A stretch of 64,000 nucleotides of DNA from Octopus sinensis (GCF_006345805.1 NC_042998.1:203980001-204044000); one strand, 5' to 3'. Shown: positions 13,572 to 25,529, counted from the stretch's first letter. Notes: generated by a model not told the origin, from the sequence alone. Made by a program: numbers and translations.

Positions 13572-13633
<62 letters not shown>

Positions 13634-13848
13634 GTGTGTGTGTGTGTGTGCTTGTGTGTCTGTGTTTGTCCCCCAACATCGCTTGACAACCGATGCTAGT
13701 GTGTTTACGTCTCGGTTCGGCAAAAAGAGACCTATAGAATAAGTACTAGGCTTAGACAGAATAAGTCCTGGGGTCGATTTGCTCAACTAAAGGCGGTGCT
13801 CCAGCATGGCCACAGTCAAATGACTGAAACAAGTAAAAGAGTAAAAGA
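13399..13848 (+). mobile_element. SINE type 1, full length (tRNA-derived head, internal (TA)n(TG)n, AAAAGAGT tail)
   Basis: A-box-like gagtgctgtgtgg and B-box-like gagttcagttcc. Multiple homologous copies in the window. Confidence 0.92.
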
Positions 13849-14189
13849 ATTATGTTTTCTTGGGTGCTTTGACTTTTTTCTTTCCTTTCATTTCTCTCTT
13901 AAATATTGTTTTTTCCTTCATCTTTTTATTCATCCTCTTTCACAATTTATCATTTCTTTTTGTATTTTCGGTCCCTTGCCGAACCGTTAAGTTACGCTTT
14001 TGCAAACAAACCAGTATCGGTTGTTAAGCAACATAGGAGACAAACACAAATGCAAAACACACATAGATACATACATACATACATGTATACATACATACAT
14101 ACATACATACATACATACATACATACATACATGTATACATACATACATACATACATTCATACATTGAAGAAGACAGTAACATCAAAATG

Positions 14190-14860
14190 AAGCACAACCT
14201 CTCCAGGACTCGTGACGGCTCCATTACGTCACACACTGAAGGCAATCCAATCCAAGAACAGCTGATTGCTACGAAATACGTTATCAACAGAGGAAACAGT
14301 GATTCCCTTGGAGTTAGAAGATGCAACCGAAAATGTAGATTATGTAATATTTCTGTGGAAGACATCACTCGTGATTAGCAGACACCCAAAAATGTGATCA
14401 AGGTATAACTCCCTAAGCGACATGGTATAAAATGCCATTCGGAAAAAAGACTCTCCTAGAAAAAATATAGAGAATCCGTCTATTGCCGAATACATACTAA
14501 GACATCAATACAAGGAATACTAGTGGGACATTCTCATCAAAACATCTGTCAAGTGGAGGCATAACAGGCCGGACATTGTTGTTTGGGACGGGCAAGAAAT
14601 GGTATGTACAGCCAGCTGTCCTCCTGATGTGAACATCTCTTTAAGAATTCAAGAGAAAGAAGATGACTCTGGACATCTGCTTAGAAATACCTAACTTCTA
14701 CTTCCAGATTTTAAATTCACATTTAAACCAATGATAATTGGTGCGCGAGAAGATATTCAGAAAACGAAATCAACCAGCTCGCGAATTACAGATACAATCC
14801 GGAAGTGGAACGGTAAAACCCTGCAAGACTTTTCTCAAGTCTAAAATGTGACATCGTTTT
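14190..14860 (+). mobile_element. Degenerate 3' part of an RLE-type (R4/Dong/NeSL-like) LINE, family 3
   Basis: Fragmented frames give CRLCNISVEDITH (CCHC knuckle) and HNRPDIVVWD (PD-(D/E)xK endonuclease motif), ending ...CKTFLK. Confidence 0.8.
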
Positions 14861-14953
14861 CGTCATCTAAGTTCTAAGGACGGGGCTTTGTATCTTTGTT
14901 AGAAACCAGCTCCTTCCTCAGAGGAAGAATTTAAATGACTAAAAACAGAAAAG

Positions 14954-14997
<44 letters not shown>

Positions 14998-15060
14998 TAC
15001 ATACATACATACATACATACATACATACATACATACATACATACATACATACATTCATAC

Positions 15061-15230
15061 GAGTGGTTGTGTAGTAAGTTGCTTGCTTACCAACCACATG
15101 GTTCCGGGTTCAGTCTATCGTAGAAGACACACCTTGGACAAGTGTCTTCTGCTATAGCCTCGGGCCGACCAAAGCCTTGTGAGTGGATTTGGTAGACGGA
15201 AACTGAAAGAAGCACGTCCTATATATGTAC

Positions 15231-15307
<77 letters not shown>

Positions 15308-15520
15308 TGTGTGTGTGTGTGTGTGTATGTCTGTGTTTGTCTCCATCCGATGCTGGTATGTTTACGTCTCCGAAACCTAGCGGTCCGGCAAAAAGAAACC
15401 GCTTGAATAAGTACTAGGCTTACAAAGAATAAGTCCTGGGGTCGATTTGTTCGACTAGAAGGTGGTGCTCCAGCATGACCGTAGTGAAATGACTGAAACT
15501 AGTAAAAGAGTAAAAGAGAA
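15061..15520 (+). mobile_element. SINE type 1, near full length
   Basis: Homologous to 13399-13848, with an internal (TG)n expansion. Confidence 0.9.
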
Positions 15521-15570
15521 GAAAATTACATACATACATACATAGAAAGATATTCATGTAAGGTAAACAT

Positions 15571-15848
15571 CAACATGTTAGAGTGCACTCAGACGCGAGA
15601 AGTTTTTTCACTGTGGAGGTAATCCTGGGAGAAGTCATTCTCCTGTTTGGCATGACGTGTAATGAGGTTAGAAGTGGTGTGAACGACATCATTGGATCAC
15701 AGGGGGTCTTGCATTTTGCGTCGGTTCACTTCACCAGTTTCAAAGGCCAAATATTATGTCTTTATTCACGTCTGACAGCAGACTGTACACCTGACGCTGG
15801 CGCCTATGTGAAAGGTATTTTCATGCTTGTGTGCACTCAAACATGTTG
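15571..15848. mobile_element. Putative MITE with 18-bp TIRs
   Basis: caacatgttagagtgcac (15571-15588) versus gtgcactcaaacatgttg (15831-15848), 17/18 inverted match. Flanked by AACAT on both sides. Confidence 0.6.
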
Positions 15849-16149
15849 AACATGTTATGAGAAGAGAGTAGTCATGTGTGAAGAGAGTGAATAAATATAT
15901 AAATATATTGTTTGCCAGAATATACTTCAGTCAACGCTACTTTGTTCGACATAATATACTGCGATGACGAAGAGAAACAGCACAAAACCGCATACATCCT
16001 GCCATCCAACTGCGTCATTCACAGCCTATATTTTGTATTTACACATGTGTAAGAGGAGAATTATACGTGTATAGACGCAAAGGTCAACAAAAAAGTACTC
16101 CATGTTGTGAGAGATAGATATTATTTAGTAAACACAGTAAAAAAAAACC

Positions 16150-16640
16150 TGTTTAAAAAAGTATGGAGCGCAAGTGTAATTTCAATAAAGAACAAAATAA
16201 GAATTTTTAACACTAACGTAAAAGCAGTATGGGGCTGAGACATGGCGAACAACAGTTAAGTCAAATAAGCAAATAGAATCATTTATCAACAGATGCTTGC
16301 ATAGTATACTTAAAATTAGATGGCCCGAACACATAAGCAATATAGAGCTATGGCAAAGAATAAAATGAAGTTTCGATTAGGGATCAAATATTTAAGAAAA
16401 AGTGGAAGTGGATTGGTAGCACAATTAGAAAAGACACACCAAATGTAGTGAAAAGTGCTTTAAAGTGGAAACCGGTTGGATATAGAAGGAGAGTTAGGCC
16501 TAAGAACTCGTGGCGGAGATCAACACAAAAGGAACTAGAGAAAGGGGGACATTCATGGCAGAGTATTAGTACAGAAGCGAAAAATTATGCGACATGGGAT
16601 TCAACTATAAGTGGCCTATACTCCGCGTTGGAGGGTTAAA
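16150..16640 (+). mobile_element. RTE-clade LINE 3' remnant
   Basis: Translates (with frameshifts) to KIRIFNTNVKAV..YGAETWRTT...FINRCL...WPEHISN...KWKWIG...ALKWKPVGYRRRVRPKNSWRR, the typical RTE C-terminal region. Confidence 0.88.
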
Positions 16641-16674
16641 GGCAGGAAAAAAAAAACACAGTATATATTTTTAT

Positions 16675-16852
16675 TAGCTACTAACTGTTTCATGCGGTGA
16701 AAAACAACTGAGACAGCATTTTATGATAACACGTCTGGAGCCTTCACGCAATCCCGAGGTTCTGCCCACAGAGGATTGCATCAAAGCAGCAGATATGTTA
16801 TAAGACGTTTTCTGAATTGTTTTTCATCGCATGAAACTATTGGCAGCAGCTC
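16675..16852. repeat. Imperfect inverted repeat of a pseudo-LTR-like segment
   Basis: agctactaactgtttcatgcggtgaaaaacaa (16676-16707) versus ttgtttttcatcgcatgaaactattggcagcagct (16817-16851). A related sequence lies at 25300-25340. Confidence 0.55.
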
Positions 16853-16966
16853 ATAAAAATATTTACTTTGTTTATCAAATTACTTTCGTTTTGAATTTAC
16901 AATACAGTTTTTCACTTATTGAGTAACGGAACGCAACGAACCCTGGTTTTTATTAACAGTAAGTTA

Positions 16967-17017
<51 letters not shown>

Positions 17018-17144
17018 GAGACTTGTATTTCTAGCCTTTACTCTTCTTCTCTCTTTGTCTCTCGCCTTCTCCTCTCTCTCTCTCTCACCCACTTACTTCT
17101 ATTTCTCGCCTTTCTTCTGTCTCCTTTTTTCCATCTTTGTCCCT

Positions 17145-17197
<53 letters not shown>

Positions 17198-17768
17198 CTC
17201 ATTCTCCTCTGCCTGCTGATGACACGTGACCCATGGACAGCCTTTCTTTCTCTCCTTCTTTTACACCGGTCACGTAGCTGACTCTCCTAAATTCTCTGTG
17301 TCCCCCCTTGGTACCCGGCCTGCTATTTGTTGCCTTTGTAATCCTAAAGGATTGCCCTCTAAAGCCTTACCCGCCATTCCTCTTCTTTCGGCCTTAAGAC
17401 TGTATTCTGTTCGTTTCTTATTCATTTCGTCTTTGTTCTTCGTCCATCGTCTTCTATTAATATTCTTCTCTTTCGTACGTCTACTTCTGTATCACCTGTT
17501 ACCTATCTATTGTTTGTTCTCGGTCCAATATTCTCCGCAAATTTCGCAGCCACCACGGGGCATTGGAAGCAGCTCAGTCTTATCATTAACAGTGCGAGAC
17601 TGAGTAACACCAACTGGTTGATAAGTGATGAAGAATTGGGGACTTTCTCTGTCTGTTTCCCATCCGTTTCTGCACTCAATTAATGTTTTTCCATTCGTCT
17701 GTGCATTCATTATATATTTTTTACTTTTTGTTTGTGCATTATTATTATTATTATTATTATTATTATCA

Positions 17769-17838
<70 letters not shown>

Positions 17839-17840
<2 letters not shown>

Positions 17841-18395
17841 TGAGTGAGAAAGCAGTGCATGCCATCAAAGTAACACTGCGGTAAAATATACGAAGCCCAG
17901 TATACCCATCAGAACTACCCATCTGATAAGGGTACACCAGGCACATGCATCACAACCATATGTGCGCGACATGGTGATCTCATATCAAAATAAACAGCAC
18001 ATGACCTTGCAGGTGGGGCCCAGTTAGAATTTTCTTCTGGTCGAGTAACCCATCCCGCTCAAGAGGTCCCTGAATAAGGATTGTTTGGAGATGTTGAACG
18101 AAGCACCCATGTTTCCAAAGGTGAATTATCCAAACCTCCAAGAATTCCTTTCAACACACGGCTATGATGCTCCCCTACTACTTCTGCTCGTGGTCAGAGA
18201 TGCACATATCGTCAGCCACTAAGGGACATGCTCAACTGGTTATGGTCAAACAACTGACAAGCAAATCTGTGGCATTGAGCAGAATATTTGCTGTAGCCCA
18301 TCTTTTATACCAAGACAAAACACTGTACATGATAACACTTCCAATCAGTTAAGATCAAAAGACACGAGAGCCACTGCCTGGTACTGCATCAGGGC

Positions 18396-18398
<3 letters not shown>
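17839..18398 (-). mobile_element. ~560-bp non-coding element inserted in (TAA)n
   Basis: (ATT)n at 17740-17838 and 18399-18900 abuts both ends. A second copy at 63553-64000 also abuts (ATT)n. The strand is inferred from the Dong copies. Confidence 0.8.
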
Positions 18399-18446
<48 letters not shown>

Positions 18447-18484
18447 CATTATTATTATCATTATTATTATTATTATTATCATTA

Positions 18485-18521
<37 letters not shown>

Positions 18522-18815
18522 TATCATCATTATCATTATTATTATTATCATCCTTATTATTATTATTATCATTATTATTATTATCATTATTATTATCATT
18601 ATTATTATTATTATTATATTATTATTATATTATTAGCTCATCATTATTATTATTATTATCATTATTATATCATTATATTATCATTATCATTATCATTATT
18701 ATTATCATTATTATTATCATTATTATTATTATCAATCATTTATTATTATCATTATTATTATCATTATCATTATTATTATTATCATTATTATCATCATCAT
18801 CAACATTATTATTAC

Positions 18816-18851
<36 letters not shown>

Positions 18852-18900
18852 CATTATTATTATCATTATCATTATTATTATTATTCATTATTATTATTAT
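18399..18900. repeat. (ATT)n/(ATC)n compound microsatellite
   Basis: Direct reading. Confidence 0.96.
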
Positions 18901-18939
18901 TATATATATATATATGCTTGACCGCTAAATTTACATGTT

Positions 18940-19100
18940 TTTTCTTCATTCTCTCTCTGTTTATTTTCTCTTATTCCTTTCTGTTGAAGAGCATAGGCTC
19001 AAACCGTAAAAGACTTTTTCATTTTCCCGAGCGTCAAACTAATACACCTGCTTGTTGCTCATACAACTGTCCTCGTGTTTTGTTTGTCTATAAATTTCAA
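18940..19100 (+). mobile_element. Penelope-like pseudo-LTR fragment with degenerate hammerhead motif at 18977-19012
   Basis: CTTT-CTGTTGA-A-GAGC-ATAG-GCTC-AAACC-GTA-AAAG. Homologous (inverted) to 11335-11414. Confidence 0.6.
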
Positions 19101-19133
19101 ATATATTTATATATATATATAGTTGAAATATGC

Positions 19134-19452
19134 TGAGACCCCCTTCGGTCATGACTGACCATGGGAGTGCATCTAGAAAGTTACCCTCCCAGGAACAAGT
19201 CCGGACAAGGTTGGTTATGGAAGTCCATTAGTCACCTATGCACGCCACACCCCTATCTAAGGGAAGGGCAAAGGTCGATACAGCTTGGCACCTATGACAC
19301 CGCAACTCACTTCTACAGCTGAGTGAACTGGAGCAACGTGAAATAAAGTGCCTTGTTCATGAACACAACACGCAGCCCGCCCGTCCGGGATTCGAACTCA
19401 CAACCTCAGGATCGTAAGCTCGACGCTCTAACCATGAGCCATGCGCCTTCAC
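19134..19452 (-). mobile_element. tRNA-derived SINE type 3
   Basis: Minus strand reads gaaggcgcaTGGCTCATGGttagagcgtc...GAGTTCGAATCCcgg (A and B boxes), followed by a non-tRNA body. Confidence 0.88.
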
Positions 19453-19454
19453 AG

Positions 19455-19509
<55 letters not shown>

Positions 19510-19511
<2 letters not shown>

Positions 19512-19922
19512 TTTTATCTTTTACTTGTTTCAGTCATTTGACTGCGGCCATGCTGGAGCACCGCCTTTTAGTCGAGCAAATCGACCCCAGGACTTATTCT
19601 TTGTAAGCCTAGTACTTATCCTATCGGTCTCTTTTGCCGAACCGCTAAGTAACGGGGACGTAAGCACACCAGCATAGGTTGTCAAGCGATGTTGGGGAGA
19701 CAAACACAGACACACAAACACACACACACATATATATACGCATATATATATATATATACGACGGCCTTCTTTCAGTTTCCGTCTACCAAATCCACTCACA
19801 AGGATTTGGTCGGCCCGAGGCTATAGTAGAAGACACTTGCCCAAGGTGCCACGCAGTTGGACTGAACCCGGAACCATGTGGTTGGTTAGCAAGCTACTAA
19901 CAACACAGTCACTCCTGCGCCT
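19510..19922 (-). mobile_element. SINE type 1, full length
   Basis: Reverse complement of the 13399-13848 family. Confidence 0.92.
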
Positions 19923-20029
19923 TTTATATTGTTGTTATTATTACTAAACTTATTTTAGTATTATTTGCAAAAGTATCATTAACTATCGCAACCATTATGT
20001 TAACTAGTATAATTACTATAGATGGTAAT

Positions 20030-20420
20030 TTATGTTTCTTTAAACCGTTCAAGTGCATATTTAATCCAATGTGTACATCTCATAGCCTGTTCTTGTCTGG
20101 TGTTTATAATAGTATATATTTAGAAAGGAAAATTTGGTACATTTCCTCCACACAATCGTTATATCGCCTTTTCTATAAGGTTTTGCTTTACTAATAATTT
20201 CCAAGCAACCAAAAATACTTTGTTACTATCATTAAGTGTCCCTATTTCTAAACGAACTTAAATGATTGGTAATTTTCTGCTTAGCATAAGGTAGGCCCTA
20301 TATAGAAATATTCTCTATTCTCTGAGGTAATCTTACACCTGTATACGATATCTGTATGTTTACAATCAGAGCCAAGCGGACAGACCCTTGCACAATCGCA
20401 ACTAATAGTTGTAGGATTTC
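20030..20420 (-). pseudogene. Penelope-like element GIY-YIG endonuclease remnant
   Basis: SCDCARVCPLGSDCKHTDIVYRCKITSENREYFYIG, followed in shifted frames by ..NHLSSFRN..IISKAKPY...LNTRQEQAMRCTH. Confidence 0.82.
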
Positions 20421-21954
20421 CGTCACTATCATCTACTTTACCTACTCTAGATGTGATTTTTATGTTCTCCTGCCCATCTTCTAAGCTATTCGTCCTCTCC
20501 ACAGAGACAACACTTTGCCCTCTGGGATTCATATCCACTACTTCCAGGACAACCGTGGAGCTCTCTCAGGTCTCTTCAACTCCACTGGTTTTTGTCAAAC
20601 CATAGTTCCTATCCTGACACCCAACTGTGTCACCCAAGGTTTACCCGCTCATGTTAACATTGCATATATAACATTGCTCATGTTAACATTGCATATATAT
20701 ATGCATGCATTTATTTTTACACACAAGCAGGCACACTATTTTCTCATATATATTCATATATATACATTTATGTTTATACATACATGTGTGAGAGTGTGTG
20801 TGTGTGTGAGTGTGTGTGTGTGTGTGAGTGTGTTGTGTGTGAGAGAGAGAGTGTGTGTGTGAGAGAGAGAGAGTGTGTGTGTATGTGTGTGTGAGTGAGA
20901 GAGAGAGAGTGTGTGTGTGTGTATGTGTGTGTATGTGTGTGTGTATATATGTGTGTATGTGTGTGTGTGTGTGTGTGTGCTATTTTACAATTTGTGTTCT
21001 TTCCCAGTGAGGAGTGAATTTCGTCAGAGTCGCCAGATGAAACAAGGAAATGTTGATTTGTTCCTTCTAAGAATATCGTTGACATTTGTGAAGTAGTCAT
21101 TCGGCATTAATGCTGCTGGTTCCTCTTTGTTTTCTATTTTACCATTATTACTGGAATTGGGCTTTGATTTAAACAATCCAACCATGACAATCATCTGGTA
21201 TTTTATTGTTTAGACTGTAAAATTCTTCTCAGGAAAAACGGTGTGGTGAAAATAAATGTTGATGTTACCAGTATTAGTGATGAAGAGCAAATGGAACGAA
21301 GAGAGAAAATGGACGATTAGCAGAGAACTAGCATCGAGGTTGAGGGTTGATTGTATGGGGGGGGGAGTGTGATTGCGGAAGATCTAGTTCGGATGGGGCG
21401 TAGTGGAGGCATCAATGCGAGAATGTTGATTAGAATGTCCAAGCTTTGAAGACGGCGTTGGCTGTAAGTAATGGTGGATATCTGGAGTTGGTGTTGCTCG
21501 TCAAATAACGAACCAACAGGAACCTCCGACCCGCCATTCGGTTTTCAAAAAAAAAAATGACTAAGTTTATTTCGAATACAAACCTATCACTGGGAAATGA
21601 AATGACATATTTAATAATGTAGTCCAAGGTATACTCAGCCAGAGAGAAAATATTGATAGGCTTTGGGGTAACATTTTTAATTCCTGTTGCGGATAGGCAA
21701 CAACGTGGCATTAAATGAATTAGGACTCCTGGGGGCTACATAACAATCAAGGCTACATTTAGGTAATGTACTCCTAGGTGCATCATGCCTCACATGTGAT
21801 GGTACCGACAGGAATACTTTTGAGCTAAACACCAATAGCAACAGCCGTTAAAAGCGATGATCCTTCATGTTTTGAATTCATGTGGAAAAGTACAAGACAT
21901 TTTTGGTAGAAAGAAAAATATCAAATTCTTATTAAAAGTATAAAGTATACGTAA

Positions 21955-22021
<67 letters not shown>

Positions 22022-22319
22022 TGCGTGTGTGGTGTGTGTGTGTGTGTGTGTGTGCATGAGTTTATGTTTCTTATTAAGTGGGCTTGGGCTTTTGGTGAGC
22101 TGCAAACTTTGGATGGCGCCAAGCATCATAACCATGAAATTTCGAAAACGTTGCAAGCAAAAGAACTCATTCTCAAAAAAAAAAACATCCATAGATCATA
22201 GTGTCAGCATTCTCAGACTCAAAGCCTGGTTCCGATATTTCCACCCGAGCGAATTCTGTTAAAATATCCAGCATGGCGGTGCTGATCAGGCCGATGGAGG
22301 AATTTAAGATTAACATTAT

Positions 22320-22730
22320 TTATTTCTTTATTGCCCACAGGGGATAAACATAGAGTGGACAAAGACAGACAAAGGGTTTAAGTCGATTACATCGACCTCA
22401 GTGCATAACTGGTACTTATTTAATCGACCCCGAAAGGATGAAAAGCAAAGTCGACCTCGGCAGAGTTTGAACTCAGAACGTAACGGCAGACGAAATACCT
22501 ATTTCTTTACTACCCACAAGGGGCTAAACACAGAGGGGTCAAACAAGGACAGTCAAACGGATAAGTCGATTATATCGACCCCAGTGCGTAACTGGTACTT
22601 AATTTGTCGACCCCGAAAGGATGAAAGGCCAAGCCGACCTCGGCGGAATTTGAACTCAGAACGTAACGGCAGAAGAAATACGGCTACGCATTTTGCCCGG
22701 CGTGCTAACGTTTCTGCCAGCTCGCAGCCC
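22320..22730 (-). mobile_element. tRNA-derived SINE type 2, tandem dimer
   Basis: Two successive monomers contain gaggtcgactttgc(c/t)tttcatcctttcggggtcga(t)...aagtacc. The 5' monomer has A box TGGCAGAAACG and B box GAGTTCAAATTCC. Confidence 0.88.
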
Positions 22731-23455
22731 TAACGATTTACATTATTAAATGCCTCTTTCTAAGCTTGTAGTGTGTAATTTGAGAGAGATCTGGAAATAA
22801 ATTCTAACACATCGAGACTTCCACGTTGGCCCAGCAGCAGCAGCTTGGTTCCATTTTCTGGTGGAAACCATTTCTTGTCGGTTAGTAACCTTGGAAACGT
22901 TATGTACATCAAAATTCTTTATTTCCTATTTCTGCACTTTATCTTTTTTCTCAAACAGAAAAATGAAACAGAATTTTTAAAAAATATTTGAAACTATAAA
23001 TAAAACAACAATAGCAGCAAAAACAGCAACAGCAGCAACAACAACAACAACAACAACAACAGCAACAACAACAACAGCAGTTGCAACGAATGTAATAGTA
23101 GTGTCTACAAGAGTAACAATAACAAGAAATGAAAGAGTAATTCCTAAATGTATCCAGGCGTCGTCTGAGTGTATCAGAGAAATTGTTTATTTTGTTAAGT
23201 AAACAAAAAAAAAGTGATTAAACAAAGATTGAAATAAAACAAAAAATAAAACTTTATTTATTTGCGTAATTAAATTACGTTGAAAACGGTTTGGATTGTT
23301 CTGGTCAAATGAAACATTAAATGCCGGCATTGCACATCTTTCATACGGGCAAGGAACGCCGATCGTTCGAAATACAGCCATTTACTGTTACTAAGTACGC
23401 ACGCACACATATGGAGGGTAGAGAGAGATACATATAGAGATAGTATAATATTATA

Positions 23456-23512
<57 letters not shown>

Positions 23513-23590
23513 TATATAATATACCGGAGTAAACACATAAATGTGAAACAAGGTGGAAAAAAGAGTACTCAAATACCAGTGGTAGAGTAA

Positions 23591-23751
23591 TATGCTTTAT
23601 TTAAAGCAGCAGAAAATTCAACAAAATCTGTTACTCTGAGTTTCTCGTTGCCGTTCATCAGACAGTTTTTTGTAGGCAAAAACTGTCTGATGAACGGCAA
23701 CGAGAAACTCAGAGTAACAGATTTTGTTGAATTTTCTGCTGCTTTAAATAA

Positions 23752-23757
<6 letters not shown>
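23591..23757. repeat. Palindrome (80-bp arms, 7-nt loop, 1 mismatch) of a Penelope pseudo-LTR segment
   Basis: 23591-23670 is the reverse complement of 23678-23757. Confidence 0.95.
23683..23720 (+). ncRNA. Minimal type I hammerhead ribozyme motif (mirror copy on the minus strand at 23628-23665)
   Basis: CTGT-CTGATGA-ACG-GCAA-CGA-GAAA-C-TCAGA-GTA-ACAG: canonical CUGAUGA/GAAA core, stem I CTGT/ACAG, GUA triplet. Confidence 0.7.
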
Positions 23758-23817
<60 letters not shown>

Positions 23818-23834
23818 CACACATATATATATAC

Positions 23835-24730
23835 TGTTTCCAACACTTCTATCGCCTTTCTTGACGTTTCGGTCAGCATTCCTCCATCCACTACAAACAC
23901 ACCAACTCACACTCATACCTCAACTTCTCCTACTCTCACCCTAAATACTCCAAGCTCCCCATCCCCTACTCCCAATTCCTCCCACTACGCAGGCCTCTGC
24001 AGTGGCAACCATGACTTTGTGACTCAGATTCAACTCATGGCTCGCCACTTCATCCTTCGTGGATATCCCTTCACCACTGTCCACATCGCCCTTACCAAAG
24101 CACGTTCCGTGGATCGTGCATCTGCTTTCTTTCCCGCACCCACCCCACCGTCACCCGTCTCCCAATTCCCCTCACCTACCACACCTCCACTCTACCTCTC
24201 CAGCGCACCATTCTCCGAACATTCCGGTGACTCCATTCCGCCCCCTCAACTTCGCACATCTTCTCTAACCTACCCCTCTCCTCCTTCAAATGAGCCAACA
24301 ACCTATGTGACATCCTGGTACACAGTTACTTCCCTAACCCTACCTCCCAGCCCGGCTCGTTTCCCAGCTCCCGCCCACGTTGCCGCACTTGCCCCTATCT
24401 CTCCAACACCACCATCTTCACAGGCACCCATCTTCAACCCTATCATATCACTGACGTCTTCACCTGCACTTCTAGCAAAAACATTTACTGCATCTCCTGC
24501 TCTCTCTGTCCTTCTCTATACATCGGTCAAACGGTTTGCGGAACACTTCCGAGACATCAGACTTGGTAACGACACTCCGGTCTCGCGCCATTTCCGCTCT
24601 TCCGGACATTCTTTACAACACTTGTCTGTGTTCGGATTGTCCTTGCACATCCGGACTCCCATCTTCGCCGTGAACAGGAATTAATCTTCTTTCTTCGCTC
24701 CTTTGCTCCACATAGGCCCAACTCCTCTCT
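23835..24730 (+). pseudogene. Penelope-like element: RT C-terminus plus GIY-YIG endonuclease, frameshifted
   Basis: SNTSIAFLDVSVSI; LCSGNHDF...HFILRGYP; RPRCRTCPY; FTCTSSKNIYCISCSLCPSLYIGQT; FAEHFRDIRLGNDTPVSRHF. Confidence 0.9.
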
Positions 24731-24839
24731 CCTCTCCATTTGACTCCCCTCCTCTTTTCTCTCTTGCTCTGACGCCTACTTCCTCTCTTCACTCCTACCC
24801 ACCTCTTCATCTCCACCTCTCCCTCCATCGTTACCCATT

Positions 24840-25245
24840 CCATGTTACCCCACCCCTACACATTCAACCCACCATCCCTATACATCGCAACCCACCCCAC
24901 CCACCCCACATTCCACTCACACCCCATTCCCACATACCCCCAACCCTACCCCGACACCTTCACCCCAACCCACACACCACTCTTGCATTCCCACGCTCGC
25001 ATCCCACACACAACACGACCACTCCACCACACCACATCCTGCCACACTGCAACACACCGCCACACCACAATACAATGCACCACAAATCACCACACCAGCA
25101 CACCACACCAGCACACAACACCACATCCCACCACCCTGCACACACTAGCATTGACCACTTCCCAACACCCACACCGCACCACACACCACCACATCACATC
25201 ACACCGTACACACCGGCACTGACCACTTCCCAGCACCCACACCAT
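24840..25245. repeat. CAC/CCAC-rich low-complexity tract
   Basis: Direct reading. Confidence 0.8.
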
Positions 25246-25529
25246 ATATATATATAAATGTGTGTGTGTGTGTGTATTGTTTAATGAACACAACATATAG
25301 TTTTATGAGCTACTAATAGTTTCATGCGATGAAAACGACACAGACATCATTTTCTAACACGTTTAGTGCTTTCATGCAATCTTCAGGCTATGCTTACAGG
25401 GCTAAAACAAGATGAAAGAATACGAGAAAATACGGGAAAAAGCAAGAATTTAGATTTGGAAGGTGGAAGGGTAAAACATCTGAAAATGAAAAGTAAAGGA
25501 AAATAAGGAAAAATAAAAGGAAAAAGGGC

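Noticed and set aside
19380-19452. tRNA-like sequences (also the heads at 13399, 22650-22730, 30440-30522 and 33737)
   Set aside because: They have A/B boxes but no complete cloverleaf and continue into multi-copy bodies, so they are SINE heads, not tRNA genes.
21060-21560. Possible CR1/L2 LINE 3' remnant on the minus strand (PPLRPIRTRSS)
   Set aside because: Similarity is too weak and fragmented to support without an HMM search.
22075-22305. Protein-like stretch that could be a host exon
   Set aside because: No recognisable domain, no consistent splice sites, and the frame is broken at a poly-A run.
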